From Saccostrea cucullata (Eukaryota), in contig NW_026941489.1 in assembly GCF_032062105.1 (NCBI RefSeq), positions 62,001 through 126,000 on the forward strand: 64,000 nt of DNA. The letters run 5' to 3'. Under the pieces are notes generated by a model. That model was not told where the DNA came from. It searched no databases and saw only the letters and a list, made by a program, of their open reading frames with translations. The position numbers were made by a program, and so were the translations under genes. How positions within the stretch are numbered: position 1 is the stretch's first letter; each line of letters begins with the position of its first letter. Shown here piece after piece: positions 47,046-59,830 of the stretch.

Positions 47046-48096
47046 AACAAGATGTGTTTGTGAAACACTGATGCCCCTGTATGGCAACAAAGCGAGGATT
47101 AAACTTTTCTTAATTGCAAATTTAATATATTGGTACCAGAAGAAGGGTATTTTCGTTGGAAATACAATTGTGAAATATGAAAGTAGTAAAGGCCAAGGTT
47201 TTCATAAGTGCGGAAATCTCCAAGGTCAAGGTAAGAAGATCAAAGTAATTGGTATCCAATGAAGGTCTTGCCACAAAAAATACTTAGGTAAAGTATGGAA
47301 GCCCATGCCCTAGCCCTTCAAAAGTTATGGCCAAGGTTAAAAATTTTAAAATGTTAAACTCCAAGGTCAAGGGTCAAAGGTCTTGCTATCAAATGAAAGG
47401 TCTTGTCACAAGGATTAAATATGTAAAGTATGAAAGCACTAACCCTATCACTTTAAAAGTAAAGGTCATTTTTTGTTTTTTAAAAGTACATGTAGGTCAA
47501 ACTCCAAGGTCAAAATCAAAGGGTTAAAATTCTTGGTATCCAATGAAGGGTCTCCTCACAAGGATTGCATAAGTGAAGTAAGAGATCACTAGCCCTTATC
47601 GTTTAAAAGTTATGCCCAAGGATAAAGTTTTTAATGAGTGCGAAAATCTCCAAGGTCAAGGTTGTTTGTATACAATAAAAGGTCTTTCCACAAAAAATAA
47701 ATGTGTAAAGTATAAATGTCCTGTTATCTACTGTTCAAAAGATATGGCCAAAGTAAAAGTTTGGAATTTTTATGTAAAGTGGGTCAAACTCCAAGGTCAA
47801 GGTCAAAAGGTCAAATTTGATGGCACCCAAAGGTCTTGTCACAGGAAATAAACATGTGAAATATAAAAGTCATAGATCCACTTTATCAAAAGTTATGGAC
47901 AAGGTTAAAGTTTTTGCCAAAACTGGCTCTTATCAAATATACTCCTTTGATGGCACCCAAAGGTCTTGTCACAGGAAATAAACATGTGAAATATAAAAGT
48001 CATATATCCACTTAATCAAAAGTTATGGACAAGGTTAAACGGACATGACAACGGAACGACTAATACCCCGAAACTTCGTTGACGGGGGCATAAAAA
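47046..48096 (-). mobile_element. HINE-type non-autonomous Helentron, tail-to-tail with the preceding copy
   Basis: AACAAGATGTGTTTGTGAAACACTGATGCCCC (3' end) ... CAAGGTCAA core repeats ... ACGGGGGCATAAAAA (5' end). Confidence 0.8.
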
Positions 48097-48345
48097 GGAA
48101 TCCATCTATAAATAAGTTTGAGGAAAAGGAATGCTTATACCTTATATGCTTATAAGATATCCCTTACCACTTTCTATATTTTAACATCAACCCTTTAGTT
48201 ATAAAAGTAATTTGAAAAACAATGAATCTCATTTAAATTACATGATTTATTCAGAATATACAACTATGTGTTAAGAAATATATCAAAAAGTGTCATTTAA
48301 TTCAGGTAAATATATGAATATCTTTCTGATTTTGTTGGTGCTGAT

Positions 48346-51300
48346 CTAACCATGGTGGTGTGGTTTATGCGTGGTGGTGGTATGAGTGGTGTGGGGGTGG
48401 GTGGTGTGGGAGGAGGAGGATTTTGTACACAGCTTATTCTCGCAATGATAACCGTGTGGACATTTGCTGCAGGGTGCTCCGTGGGTGTAAGGAATTTCTC
48501 CTCGGTAGTTTCCTCTAAAACAAGAAAAACCAATGCATTAATGCATATGTGGTAAAATGATGGGGTTTTACAAATTCTTTATTTGGAGAAATCAAATGAA
48601 AAATATTCTTCTTTGGACATTATGTTAGTACATAGTATAATAAGTAAAATTAGATAGGCTAATTTGTCGAAGAACTGATGTTTTAGCGTATATCTACCCC
48701 GGCCCATAGTCGCAAACGATAAAATAATGTCCGTCAGGGCAGTGAGATGTTGCACATCCTACATATTCAGTGGTCGCCCAAACTTCCTAAAAATAACAAA
48801 TGTAAGTGATCAATATAATACCTGTCTGAGAAGTTTAAAGAAAATCCTGAATTTCCAATTACGCCAAATGTCATGTTTTAGATAACACACATAACAAACC
48901 ATAAAAGCGTTTTTTTAATTTAAATTGCAGGCCTTAGAATTGTTTGAGGCAAACCTTTCGAGGAAGGAGATGTTAAACATATGAGATTATTAAAATTATA
49001 TACCAGTATGTATAATAAAATCAATGTAAAAATAAATTAATGATAACTGGGAAAGGGGCCCACTAGGGGTCTGTAACAGGGCTTCACCTGTGTGTAGTGA
49101 CCACAGTGTCCCTTTAAGCATGTGTTGTTTCCGTAACTGTAATTCACATGTTCTGCAAACCAACGGTCAACTGGGTACTCTTCCGTGTGGGCTCCTAAAA
49201 TCATTAACATGAATGAAGAAATGCTTATATCAAGGAGAAACAAACAGGATGATCACTCCTCCAAGGAACCTGATCCCATCTCTGATGTTTTAAGAGGTCC
49301 GTGTTTTTTTCTGCGCCTGATTTGTATTTTTTCAATGGACTTTTAAGCACGATAACTGATAGTTATATTCATATAATACATGCAAGAGATCAAAAATGTT
49401 TGATAAAATGAGGTCAAACCAGGGTTAAGGGTTCAAACTACGAGTTCAATTTGGTAATGAAATGAAATATAATGGAGATACCGAAAAGTATTCAGACGCA
49501 GAGTAGGTAACAAAGAAAAATGCATTTCTACTAATCAGTAATAATCAGCAATAATCAGTAGTGCCCCTACCCCACAGGAATTCCTGACACTGGGATCATG
49601 AAATTTACAATTTTGGAAAAGATACCCTTGTTCATCATAAATGTTTGATTAATACCGAGTAGAAGATTTCGAAGTATTAATGAATATGGAGATAACGAAC
49701 AGTATTCAAGCTTGGAGTCTATTAAACAATACAAAATTGGGACAGAGCAAACACAGACCTCCAAAACATCAGAGGTGGGATCAAGTGTCATGGACTAGAG
49801 AGCATTCCCTGCCAACCGGTCACACACGCTGTGTGCTCCTTGTCATGTTTTGGGGGGGGGGCGAGAATCCGTGGACAACAGTGTGTTAATAATGGCCTAA
49901 CAACAAGCATGAAAAAGTCAGTCAGCACTGGACTTCATGATGAATTATATATTTGCTGAAAATGTCATTGTATCGACCAAAGACCAAATGAAATGATGAT
50001 TGATTTAAAAGAGACTTCTGATATTCTTGTTTCAGCAACTTGTTTGACAATAATTAACTTCGTTTTATAAATTGTCCGTGCGTAGAACATGCTCTCGCGT
50101 ATCGAATCAACTCAAATATATAAACACTCTATGCTGGTGATAAAGGTATACTGTTGCAAAAGTAGGGAAAGTTCATCATTGAAAAGTTAAAGTCATCCCG
50201 TTTATCATAAAGCTTGGTTGTAAGATTACCAGTAACGTCTCTTTCAAGTAAAATATCTAAATCTGAAACAGCTAGATGTGTCAGATTCTGTGGTATCTCT
50301 ATTTCAAGCTAACCGGGATTTATCGTATCGACACAAGACTGGAATTAACCATTGTTAATTGATATTACGTCATTGATATATCCAAATGTCGAGTTGAAGG
50401 GCACAGCAAGTGTTGTTTTTTTTCTTTTCACATACATGTATAAGATTTTAGAAAAATTCTGCTTCATGTAAATACAAAAATAGTCTTCTTATAATTGGGC
50501 GCAATTGGTATCCATGAGATTTCCAACAGATTGTTGGAAAACCCGTCGTCAAAAACAAATTAGATATTGTCAGTCAGAAACTCAAGCATCTTTTAAATAT
50601 TAAATTCAAATTCACTTCAAAAGTACTTGTGTGCACAATAAGAATTTTTTAACTCAACAATATTGCAAATGACCAATGAAAAGATAAGAAAATTTACGAG
50701 TTCCATTTTTACTGAAAAAGCAGCTGTCGATGATGTCATAAAGCCTGGACTTTAATTCATCGTGGGGAATGGTTCTATACAAAGTGGAAAAGTCGTAAGT
50801 TTTAATGCTGTTGATTTTGGTATAATTTTGTGATTTCAAAATTTCCAAAAGTTCCTTGAAGTTTTTAAGTATCCACATCTGATCATGATTTACACCACTT
50901 CTCAAATATATTGTTGCATAGTACTCTTAAAGTTTCCCCTTCACTACTGTTAATATTTTAGTGAGGAGTAAAGGAAAAGGTTTGATAAAACATTTATTGG
51001 AACCCGCTACGTATCTTTGTTTGTAAGGATTTTATGAAGTTAAGGAATCCAATATAGATATGGTAATTCAAATTCATCCTGGTTGTTGACATTTTTAAAT
51101 ATATTCAAAACTGACGAATGATTTTCAAGATTCCCTTCTTAGAAGGGAGCTATGGGTTTAAGTTGGATTACCAATTGTAGATTGAATCTCAGTTCCTCTA
51201 AAATACATTTTATATAATGAGCCTTACAAACAAAGACAACGTTGTTACCTGCTTTGTCAGCAGGGATCAGTACATACTGACCGTGTAATCTATCTTATTG

Positions 51301-51896
51301 TTTTTCACTCCTTATAATTACTAAACACAAAAATTACTGAACACAGAAAAGCTTTTCTGTCCGTTATCTCGTTGCATATGAATTGTACTTTGTTCAAAAA
51401 AAAATAATCTTATAATGAATATCTGTAGTTTAATAAATGTTCTTTGAATTAAACTTACGTGTGGACCACTGAATGTTTTCTCCTACATAATGGAATGTAG
51501 CAGATTGTTGAGATCTTAATGAGTTGTGTTTCAAACTGCAACCATCTGCCCATTTCTGGGCTATTTTTGCCAGTTCGTCGCTCCAGATCTAACAACACCC
51601 AAAAGATTGAATTTTAAGTAAGATCACAATGTAATGATATCATTATCAGAGAATTCGAAACGTGCAATATAAGAGAGAGACGTTCCTAAAAAAGAGGTTT
51701 ACTGTATGAGGAATGGATTTACATACAAAAAAAATGCATAATTATATATATCCCTTGGATGTCAGTTCTCCGTTATGAGTCTTTGGATAAATATTATGAT
51801 TTTTTGATTTGTAGTATCCTGTTGCTAGAAAAGACTCACCAATTTCTTCATGTTTGCCGCTGTTGGGTGGACAGAGGCGCGCATTTTGTTATGTTC
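48346..51896 (-). CDS. CAP/SCP protein, paralog B, with His/Thr-rich C-terminal tail; signal-peptide exon not securely found
   Basis: Exons 51896-51840 (EHNKMRASVHPTAANMKKL), 51588-51459 (WSDELA...LKHN...GENIQW), 49194-49088 (WFAE...CGHYTQ), 48786-48698 (EVWATTEYVGCA...VCDYGP), 48514-48346 (GNYRGEIPY...CSKCPHGYHCENKLC TKSSSSHTTHPHTTHTTTTHKPHHHG*). Phases match paralog A. Confidence 0.9.
49240..49372 (+). mobile_element. Naiad-type 3' end fragment
   Basis: GGATGATCACTCCTCCAAGGAACCTGATCCCATCTCTGATG...GAGGTCCGTG. Confidence 0.7.
49682..51330 (-). mobile_element. Decayed Naiad-type Penelope-like retroelement (RT-bearing 3' part) in CAP-B intron 3
   Basis: Minus-strand motifs PADKAGNNVVFVCK, LPYLYWIP, RSGVN..MWILKN, IKTYDFSTLY..IPH. 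The RT runs directly into the family's 3' block with no C-terminal GIY-YIG. Many stops and frameshifts. Confidence 0.85.
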
Positions 51897-53375
51897 CTGT
51901 AAGAATAAATTTGGGGAAGGTAAAATAAACTAGGAACAGAAAATTACAAAATAATTCCTAATTTGTTTCAATTACTTGCTGAATAAAAATCTACATATTT
52001 TGATTGATAATGCATTTAAATTCGGATTTCCAGAGTTTTTGTTGGCAATTATTAAAGCTTACTCACATATTGCTTTTTGCCAAAGTATTCCAAATACAGC
52101 TTTTCGTTAATGAAAAACGTTACAAAACTTTTCCATCAATCGTATGCTTTGGTCATTTTTAATTTTTTTTTTACTCTATTACCAAATTTATTAAATCAAC
52201 ATAGACAACAGCAAAAATATTTGAACTAGTTTTATGATCAAAAAGCCATAGATTCTTTTCTATTATTATTTATAAATGTTTTATTTATTTTGGTTTTCAT
52301 TAATAATATTTGAAGGTCAATCCTTACTGAACAGATATTAAATATCAAAATTTGCCAAATAATCACCTATGATTTTGATTATCATTGGAATCAAATATTT
52401 TTGAAGTATTTTTGCTATTTTTCAAATAAAGAGCAGGATAAAAAAAGAAGTCCTACCGATAAAAAGTCACACCATGATGACACAAAGAAACTCGCTGTGA
52501 GCACCAAAAACAGAAAAGATCTTGGAATCGACATTTTAGCAAATGAGGAGGCAAATCTGTGAATCGAGGTTAGATTTTATACCACATAGATAAGGTTCTA
52601 ATAATGTGGGTCTAATGACTGCTCTCAGTAACCTAGGTTAATAGATAACCAATGAAAAAGCTGTTTGTATATTTTTACTTTCGAGAAAACATGATTAATT
52701 GGAGTTTGGCCAAGACTTTAATTATTAATTATTATCAAAATTTAAATTGCTGAACATAAATGTGAAATACTTGGAGATTTTTGTCTAAATCGGGCGTTGC
52801 TTTTAAAAAAAAAACAGAAATTGATGAGTATTTTTAAAAATTTAGTTTATTTTAAAATATAATTGACCTTGCTCTAAATGAGAGCAAGGTCTAGTTTCGT
52901 GGCTAAGTTTCTAGGAGTATAATGTATGTTGAGCAGATAAAGTTATTTTAACATTTTCTAAGTTATTTTAATCTAATTTCGGTAAAGCTAATATTGCTTT
53001 TAGATAGTCCACTTCCCTTGTTTTAATTGATGTGTTATTATTTAAAGATTAGAAACGTTTCTGCTTAAAGAATCTTCTTTGTTAGTAAAAAAAAAGTTTT
53101 ACTTTTTTTTAAAGCAGTTACAATTTCACAATGGTGTCCTTGAAATATTTTATACCTAACTTTTCCAGACATAGTGTTTATATAATTCAAAACCATAACA
53201 ATTTAGTGGTTTATTTAACATAGTGGATACGATAAAGCCATCTTTAAAGGAATGTTTGGTTGCCCTTTCCTGACCAACTGAATACAAATGACCCAATAAT
53301 TTTACCTTGAACATTGAAGATGGCCTAATTAAAACATAATGTTACATCTGTAAGAGAGAAAGAGAGCGAGAGTGT

Positions 53376-53673
53376 TGGACTTTTACGAGAAGCACTGACT
53401 TTTACAGTTGACGGTTTACGTTGATTTCATCATGTACGGAGATACAAAGTTGATAATTGACATGAGAAACTTTCTAGTGGTCAAAGGTATGGTGTTAGGG
53501 GCACTAACATGTGAAGACCAGGGGTTGAGGGTAGGATGGTTGTCTTTTTTATCAAGGACAACTTATATGTGCTTTGAAATAACCCAATATTTTCGTAAAA
53601 TTAAATCTGTACATTGTCCTAGTGTAAAAGTAAATCGTCAACTGTAAAAGTCAGCGCTCCTCGCAAAATCCCA
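53376..53673. mobile_element. MITE with ~40-bp TIRs
   Basis: TTTTACGAGAAGCACTGACTTTTACAGTTGACGGTTTAC / GTAAATCGTCAACTGTAAAAGTCAGCGCTCCTCGCAAAA. The TSD is unclear. Confidence 0.75.
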
Positions 53674-54217
53674 TTAGGTACAGAAGTAGATTCACAAAAC
53701 ATCGTCTGTACAAAAACCAACATTATCAGTCGATTGCGACTGGGTAAAATTTGGTTCTACGTTTATATCAGTTAAAGCGACAACGTGACGGGAAAGCGGG
53801 AAAATTCAAAACAATAGTAGAATTTTTGCTTGACCAATCTTGTTCCATTTATGAAGATATTAGTTTTTACACACTTACAGGTTGCTGAAACTAAAATGTC
53901 TACTTTTTTGGGGGGGGGTTAAATTTAAAAATAAGTTTTGTATTGTCCGTTCATAAAATTTATATTGCTTCTTTTCTTTTTAAGCTGCTTTTTCAATAAA
54001 TCTGAAACTCGTAAATTTACTCTCCTGGTCATTGGTCATTTTTAAAATCATTATGTAAAAAAAAAACATTCTGATTGTACACACAAGTACTCTGAAGTTG
54101 ATAATAAAAAGATGGTTGATGTCATAGGTTTTTGCAAAAACTGTTATTACTATATACCCAATAGAACAATATCTTTTGGAAGAACGGTTTTCTATAGGTG
54201 TAATAATAAATATTGTT

Positions 54218-54606
54218 CAGTGACGTAGCATGGTTTTTTTTTTTTTTTTTTGGGGGGGGGGGGGGGCAGCCAGAGAACAAAATATTACTTGCATGAAAAA
54301 TGTTGACAAGCAAAAATAAAAAACAAACAAGCAAAAAACAAAATTGCCCAAGCTCGAAAATACTATTTTCGGTGTGAGAGAGAGGATGTGTGTGTGTGGG
54401 GGGGGGGGGAGGGGGGGGGGGTGTTAGAGGCAAACTTTTTTCAATGTCAACTCCTTTCAGTGCCTTTTTTTTGCATAAATTACTTTATTTCCTTGATATC
54501 ACTTCCCTGTAGTTAAAGGTGGAGGAGGGGGGGGCAACCTTTCCATCTTCATCTTCTATAGTAAAAGTATTGTTGGGAAAAAAGGGGGGGCTGAGCTACG
54601 TGCCTG
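54218..54606. mobile_element. GC-rich hAT-like MITE with apparent 5-bp TSD
   Basis: CAGTGACGTAGC ... GCTACGTGCCTG flanked by TTGTT (54213-54217, 54607-54611), with poly-G tracts. Confidence 0.6.
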
Positions 54607-55008
54607 TTGTTAAGACAATTAATCTAAAAAATGCATTTTTTATTTAATCAATTATTCAATCTTAAAAAAAAGTTGACAAGGACAATAATTCCTTCTTAGG
54701 TATCTTCATTCAGGCATTTGAAGCTGGGCATTTCTAATATGAAGTTTCCCTGATATTCACAATTTAAAGTTATCTTATAAGTAGCAAGTATTTTGGAACT
54801 TTCAGCATCAGAATTATGTACATGCATTTGAAACAGTTTTTACATAATTTTTATCATACTGTTTACAAAAAATACAATACGATTTTTTATGTTGACATAT
54901 GCGACCTATACATTTATAACAATTATTAATAAATCTAAACTTTATTGAATGAAAATAATTGCAGTTTTTGTACTTTGAACGATTAAAATTGTAAGGTTGG
55001 AAAGACCT

Positions 55009-55271
55009 TAAGTAAGATCATATTGTAATGATATCATTATCAGAGAAACGTGCAATTAGAGAGAGACTTTCCTGAAAAAAGAGGGCTACTTGCAGGAGGA
55101 ATGGATTTACATTAAAAAAAATTGCATATATCCTTTGGATGTCAGTGCTACGTTATGATTCTTTGGATAAATATTATGAATTTGTGATTTGTAGTATCCT
55201 GTTGCTAGAAAATACTCACCAATTTCTTCATGTTTGCCGCTGTTGGGTGGACAGAGGCACGCATTTTGTTA
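55009..55271 (-). pseudogene. Duplicated fragment of CAP-B (part of intron 2 + truncated exon 2)
   Basis: Near-identical to 51615-51891, including NKMRASVHPTAANMKKL and its GT donor. Cut off at the Naiad junction, so the acceptor is lost. Confidence 0.85.
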
Positions 55272-55910
55272 ATATCCTGGTGAGCTTGAGATAAAAGATA
55301 CCACAGAGTCTGACACATCTGTTTCATAATTGGATGTTTTACTTGATAAAGACGTTAATGGTAATCTAACAATCAAGCTTTATGATAAACGTGATGACTT
55401 TAACTTTTCTATCATCAACTTCCCTTATTTATGCAGCAATATACATTCATCATCTGCATACGGAGTGTATTTATCTCAGTTGATTCGATACGCAAGAGCA
55501 TGCTCTACGCATGAACAATATCTAATACGAGGTAAATTATTGACAAGCAAGTTGATGAAGCAAGAATATCAGCAGTCTCGTTTAAAGTCATCATTTCGTA
55601 AGTTCTATGATCGATACAATGACCTTGTCAGAAATACAATTTATCATTTAGTCAAATGCTGACTGAGGTTTTTCATACTAATTGTCAGTCCATTATTTAT
55701 ACACTGAATTGACGACGGTTTTTTACCGTTGTTTCCTGACCATGACAAGGAGCACACGTCGGGTGTGACCGGTCAGCACGGGATGCTCACTCCTTCATGG
55801 CACCTGATCCCACCTCTGATGTTTTGGAGGTCCGTGTTTGCTCTGCTGAGACTATTTCGTATTGTTTTATGGACTTTGATATTGAATAATGTTCGTTATA
55901 TCCATATCCT
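55271..55910 (+). mobile_element. 5'-truncated Naiad-type Penelope-like element
   Basis: YPGELEIKDTTES...LDVLL...KLYDKRDDFNFSIINFPYLCSNI...AYGVYLSQLIRYARAC. The ORF ends without an endonuclease and is followed by the conserved 3' block. Confidence 0.85.
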
Positions 55911-56169
55911 TCTTTCATTAAGTTCTCAAGTTGTCAGTTTGCTGTCTCCCACTTTAAACTGATAGTCGAAGATTTCCTGAGCAATTTTTATGCCCCCGTA
56001 ATCGGTTGATTGATTGATTGATGATTGATTGTATATTGTATAACACCGAGTCGGCAATTTTTTAGCCTTGTTTTGGTAGACTTGTTAGTTTATATAATTG
56101 GTTTTTGAACTTTTTGGTTTCTCTGGCTGCCCCCAGTGAGCCTTCTCTTTTTCGAACCCCAGAGAAACG

Positions 56170-57320
56170 AGATCTTTTACGTGCCAAGGGGGTTAATAAC
56201 GAAGATTCGGGGTTTTATAATTTTTTCCTTGTCCGTCCGTCTGTTTGTCCGAATATTAAGCTCATCTCGGTCAAAGTTTTACATGTAAGTGAGAAACTTC
56301 TTCTTTTACATCACTGATCCTACATACATAAAGACAAAGTTGATGGACAAGCTACAGTATATTACGAAGATTCAAATTTTATATTTTTATTAGTAAAATT
56401 AATATGCAAGCATTCTCAGATAGTGCATATTCGTTTATTTATATACCCCGGTGATGGGATGGGACCAAAGTAAAGATCTCGTACATGTAGTTACAAAACT
56501 TCTCTTGGGAAACTCCAAGTCCGTGAGACATCCAAGAATCACAATAAAGTATTTGTTAAAATCATTGCCCAGAAGCGTACAATGGTCTAAAATCGTTTGT
56601 TTTTTAGCCTTCCATTTTGAAAAAAAAGAAGTTCGCTTATAGATTGTAGACCTTAAAAAATGCCTTAAATGTTTCTGAACACTTTTTATTGCTTTAGATT
56701 GTCTTAAGTCAACTTTGTGACCGATCGCAAGCGACAAGTATCCTCGGGATGGAATGCCACAAAAGAAAAGTTTTTCATATGTTTTTATTCCCCGTAATCA
56801 AAGATATAGGGGTAGTTTTTGCCCTGTCATGTCCGTCTGTCTCTCCATTTGTCTGTTTGTCATCAAAAACTTTAACCTTGTCCATAAATTTTGACTGGGG
56901 TATTACTTGTGACCAGACCTTTCTTTGGAAACCACTACTTTTGACCTTTTGACCTTGACCTTGAAGTTTACACAATTTTACACAAAAATACCTAACCTTT
57001 ACTTTGTTCGTAACTTTTGAACGGTTAATGCTAGGGCTTTCATCTTCACTTATGTATTTTTGTGACAAGAACTTCCGTTGGATACCAACAGCATTGACCT
57101 TTTGACCTTGACCTTGGAGATTAACTTACTTTTTAATAAACTTAAATCGTGTCCATAACTTTTGAACGGTAAGGGCTATGGTTTTTAAACTTCACACATG
57201 TAATCCTTGTGCCAAGATCTTTCATTGGATACCGACAACTTTGACCTTGGAAATTGACGTACTTTTAAAAAAAATCAATTTGGCCATAACTTTTGAACGG
57301 TAAGGGCTATGGCTTGTTTT
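56170..57320 (+). mobile_element. Cluster of degenerate HINE-type elements
   Basis: GTCCGTCCGTCTG microsatellites at 56231 and 56831, TTGACCTTG core repeats and a Cg170-like remnant at 56400-56520. Confidence 0.6.
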
Positions 57321-58680
57321 TTTGTTTTTTTAATTTGTTCTGATTTCCATTAAACTTGGAACACAGTTAAACTACACCTAGTAACATTGCTGTATGAAAA
57401 ATTTTGATACCAGCGAATAATGTTGCAATGTTTAATAAAAGAATTACGTGTAAAACGGTTTTTTTAATTACTTCTGCGAAAATTGGTAGAAAAACATGCT
57501 GAACTAAGCCTCGTAGTTTTATTTAGCATTGCTACTAAGCTTCCTAAAAATTTAAAAATGTTCAAATTGCTTCTCCTACTATTTTAATTGATTTCAATGA
57601 AACTTATACAAGTTTAGAAAACATTATGATACGTGATTATATTTGACTGAAAATATTATGAAAAGTCCATTTGTTACGGTAAAAACCAGTAGTTCTTCAG
57701 TCTCATATATGGATAATGATTGTTATTCTTAGACCGGATGTCCCTAAAATGGCCTGCTTCACCCTACCTTCGAAAAACAATGCTTGCTAAGTAAGCTGTA
57801 ACAAAACAATGACAAAGTAAATTAAACCTTCTACAGGTTGTTTGGTGCAGTTTTGACTCTTTACATAGGGAATGGCCCTGGTGTTGCGATCTTTTGCCCT
57901 GGTGTCGAAGAAGATCGTGAGTTACTAAGATCCAGCGTGACAGTATAACATAGATAAGGTCATTTCGCTTTTCTATTCACCACTGAGTGGCGTCACAAGG
58001 TTAACAGTGCAACACAAGGTTACAAACATCAATGTCCAGAGATTACGGGGATTCAGTCTTATTTCATTTTTTCAATTTTTTTTTTTATTTTTGGTTGAGA
58101 CATCCATCCATTTGTTACAGAAGTATTTTTTAATTAAAGCAATAAAATAAACAGCCACAAAAAAGGTCAGACGAGCAACTGCTTGAATGGCAAAGGATAA
58201 AAAAATAAAAGTGACTGCTTTGGGCTGTTCCATATGGTTAGGATCTGAACATCTTGTCCTTTTTCGAGGAGATTTTGCAAGTTTAACTAAATTTTATTAA
58301 AGCAGGTAAATGTGGAGGGGGAGGGAGAGAGAGGACTGTCGAATTTGTTCTAATATTTGGAAACATTTCTCCATTCCTCGGCATGCCAAATCCAGTTTGT
58401 ATTCTAGTATTTACTGCCTTTCTAAAAAATATTTTATCTAGTTTAGATAGTTATAAACTAAAATTTCATTGAAGTGGACGTCCTTCAGGCAACATTTTCA
58501 CTTTCCTAAAATAACCTTCTGCACATTTAATTGTTTTTTTCAAGATATTTGGAAAAGGGGGGTTATTTGTAACATTTGCCTTTATTTTTTTCCTCTGAAA
58601 CATACGAGTGTTGCGTCAACGATGGCCATTTTTATCCTTTTATATAATATACCCGGTAGTGTTTGTGTTTCTGTACATAA

Positions 58681-58735
58681 GTGTGTGTGTGTGTGTGTGT
58701 GTGTGAGGGTGGGTGTGTGTGTGTGTGTGTGTGTG
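58681..58735. repeat. (GT)n microsatellite
   Basis: Interrupted GT run. Confidence 0.95.
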
Positions 58736-58737
58736 CA

Positions 58738-59830
58738 TACGAGAGCCGTTCAATAAATAATGTCCTCGGTGCTCGGAAAGAAGCAAAAGACGCTTTTAAA
58801 TGATTATTCTCTTTTAATTAAAACACATGTCCGTAACATTTTTATCCAATTCCTGATTGATTTTAGAACATTTTTTTTGAGTATGGCCTTTCATATACTG
58901 GACTTTTGCAGATCCTATGATTTCTTGGTCTTGCTTCTTCTTTCTGAAAAGTTCTTATTCCAAGTTTGAAAAATGAACCAAGTCAAAGGGTGACAAATCT
59001 GGCGAATATTGTTGGTATGACAAAACTTAACTTTCTGTTTATTCCCAAAACACCTTTACTCTTCAGGGAGTGTGGGTTTGGACGCTGTCATGAAGAAATT
59101 TAATGTAGTGGAATCCTGATTGTTGTTCCGTCCTCTCTTAAACCCTTCAATTTTTTGCAAAATCTTTGCATTCTAGACTCCTCCAGAAATTGAACTGCCT
59201 CACCGAATAAGAATTGGAACAACAAGACCATTAACATTTACGAATTTGGCATGTAAAACTGTTTTTGTCCTCTTGCAATTCTTTGCTCTTTTCAGACCTT
59301 TGCTGTTTTTGTCAAGTGCATCTTATTGTTTTGTTTTGCGGGTTTAAAGCAATGGATTCAAGTTTCATTATCTGTTTGAATTTCAGACAAACATGGAAAA
59401 CTACAATTTCTGATTTTTCAAAATAATTTAGATATTCTTACAAACTACCGTTTTCACTCATTTTTCAAAACATAAGGTGACAATTGAGTACTAAGCTTTT
59501 CTACTGTCAAATGTTTCTGTAAAATACATGTAGTATGAACTACCACCAAACTGATGTCTATCAATGTTGCTATGTGTCTTAAAGGCAATCAAACATCATA
59601 AGTGATAATTTGTTGAATTTTGGCAAACAGAGGAATGGTTGTTGTAAGTCCTTGTCGCCAAGGACGGTAACCATTTTTGATAAAACAGTTATTGGGTGCT
59701 GTAATTTTCACAAATTTCAGTGATTATTTCTTTGTGATTCTTAATAAGTTTTAGAGCAGATTTAATGAAGCGTTTAATTTTACTCTAAGTTTACTGATTC
59801 TTTGCCATTCATTTTAATACAGTGTCTCGA
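58738..59830 (-). mobile_element. Decayed mariner-family element
   Basis: Minus strand reads YSPDLSPFD (59009-58983) and HDSVQTH (HDNAxPH-like, ~59093-59073). TA|CGAGAGCCGTTCAATAAATAAT is a mariner-like terminus. The far boundary is approximate. Confidence 0.65.

Noticed and set aside
48297-48555. Poly-Pro and Gly-rich ORFs in the track
   Set aside because: These are alternative frames of CAP-B's last exon. The spliced frame gives the Cys-rich hinge and His tail.
52060-52137. Signal-peptide exon of CAP-B
   Set aside because: ATG and a GTGAGT donor are present on the minus strand, but the frame has a TAA and the phase does not match exon 2. It may be a degenerate exon but cannot be supported.
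55752-55840. Hammerhead ribozyme in the Penelope-like 3' end
   Set aside because: No CTGANGA plus GAAA core with matching stems.
49682-55910. Selenocysteine-encoding Naiad (reported for some clam and spider Naiads)
   Set aside because: The lesions seen are frameshifts and TAA-type stops (e.g. 55327-55329), not TGA at Cys positions. No SECIS was recognised.
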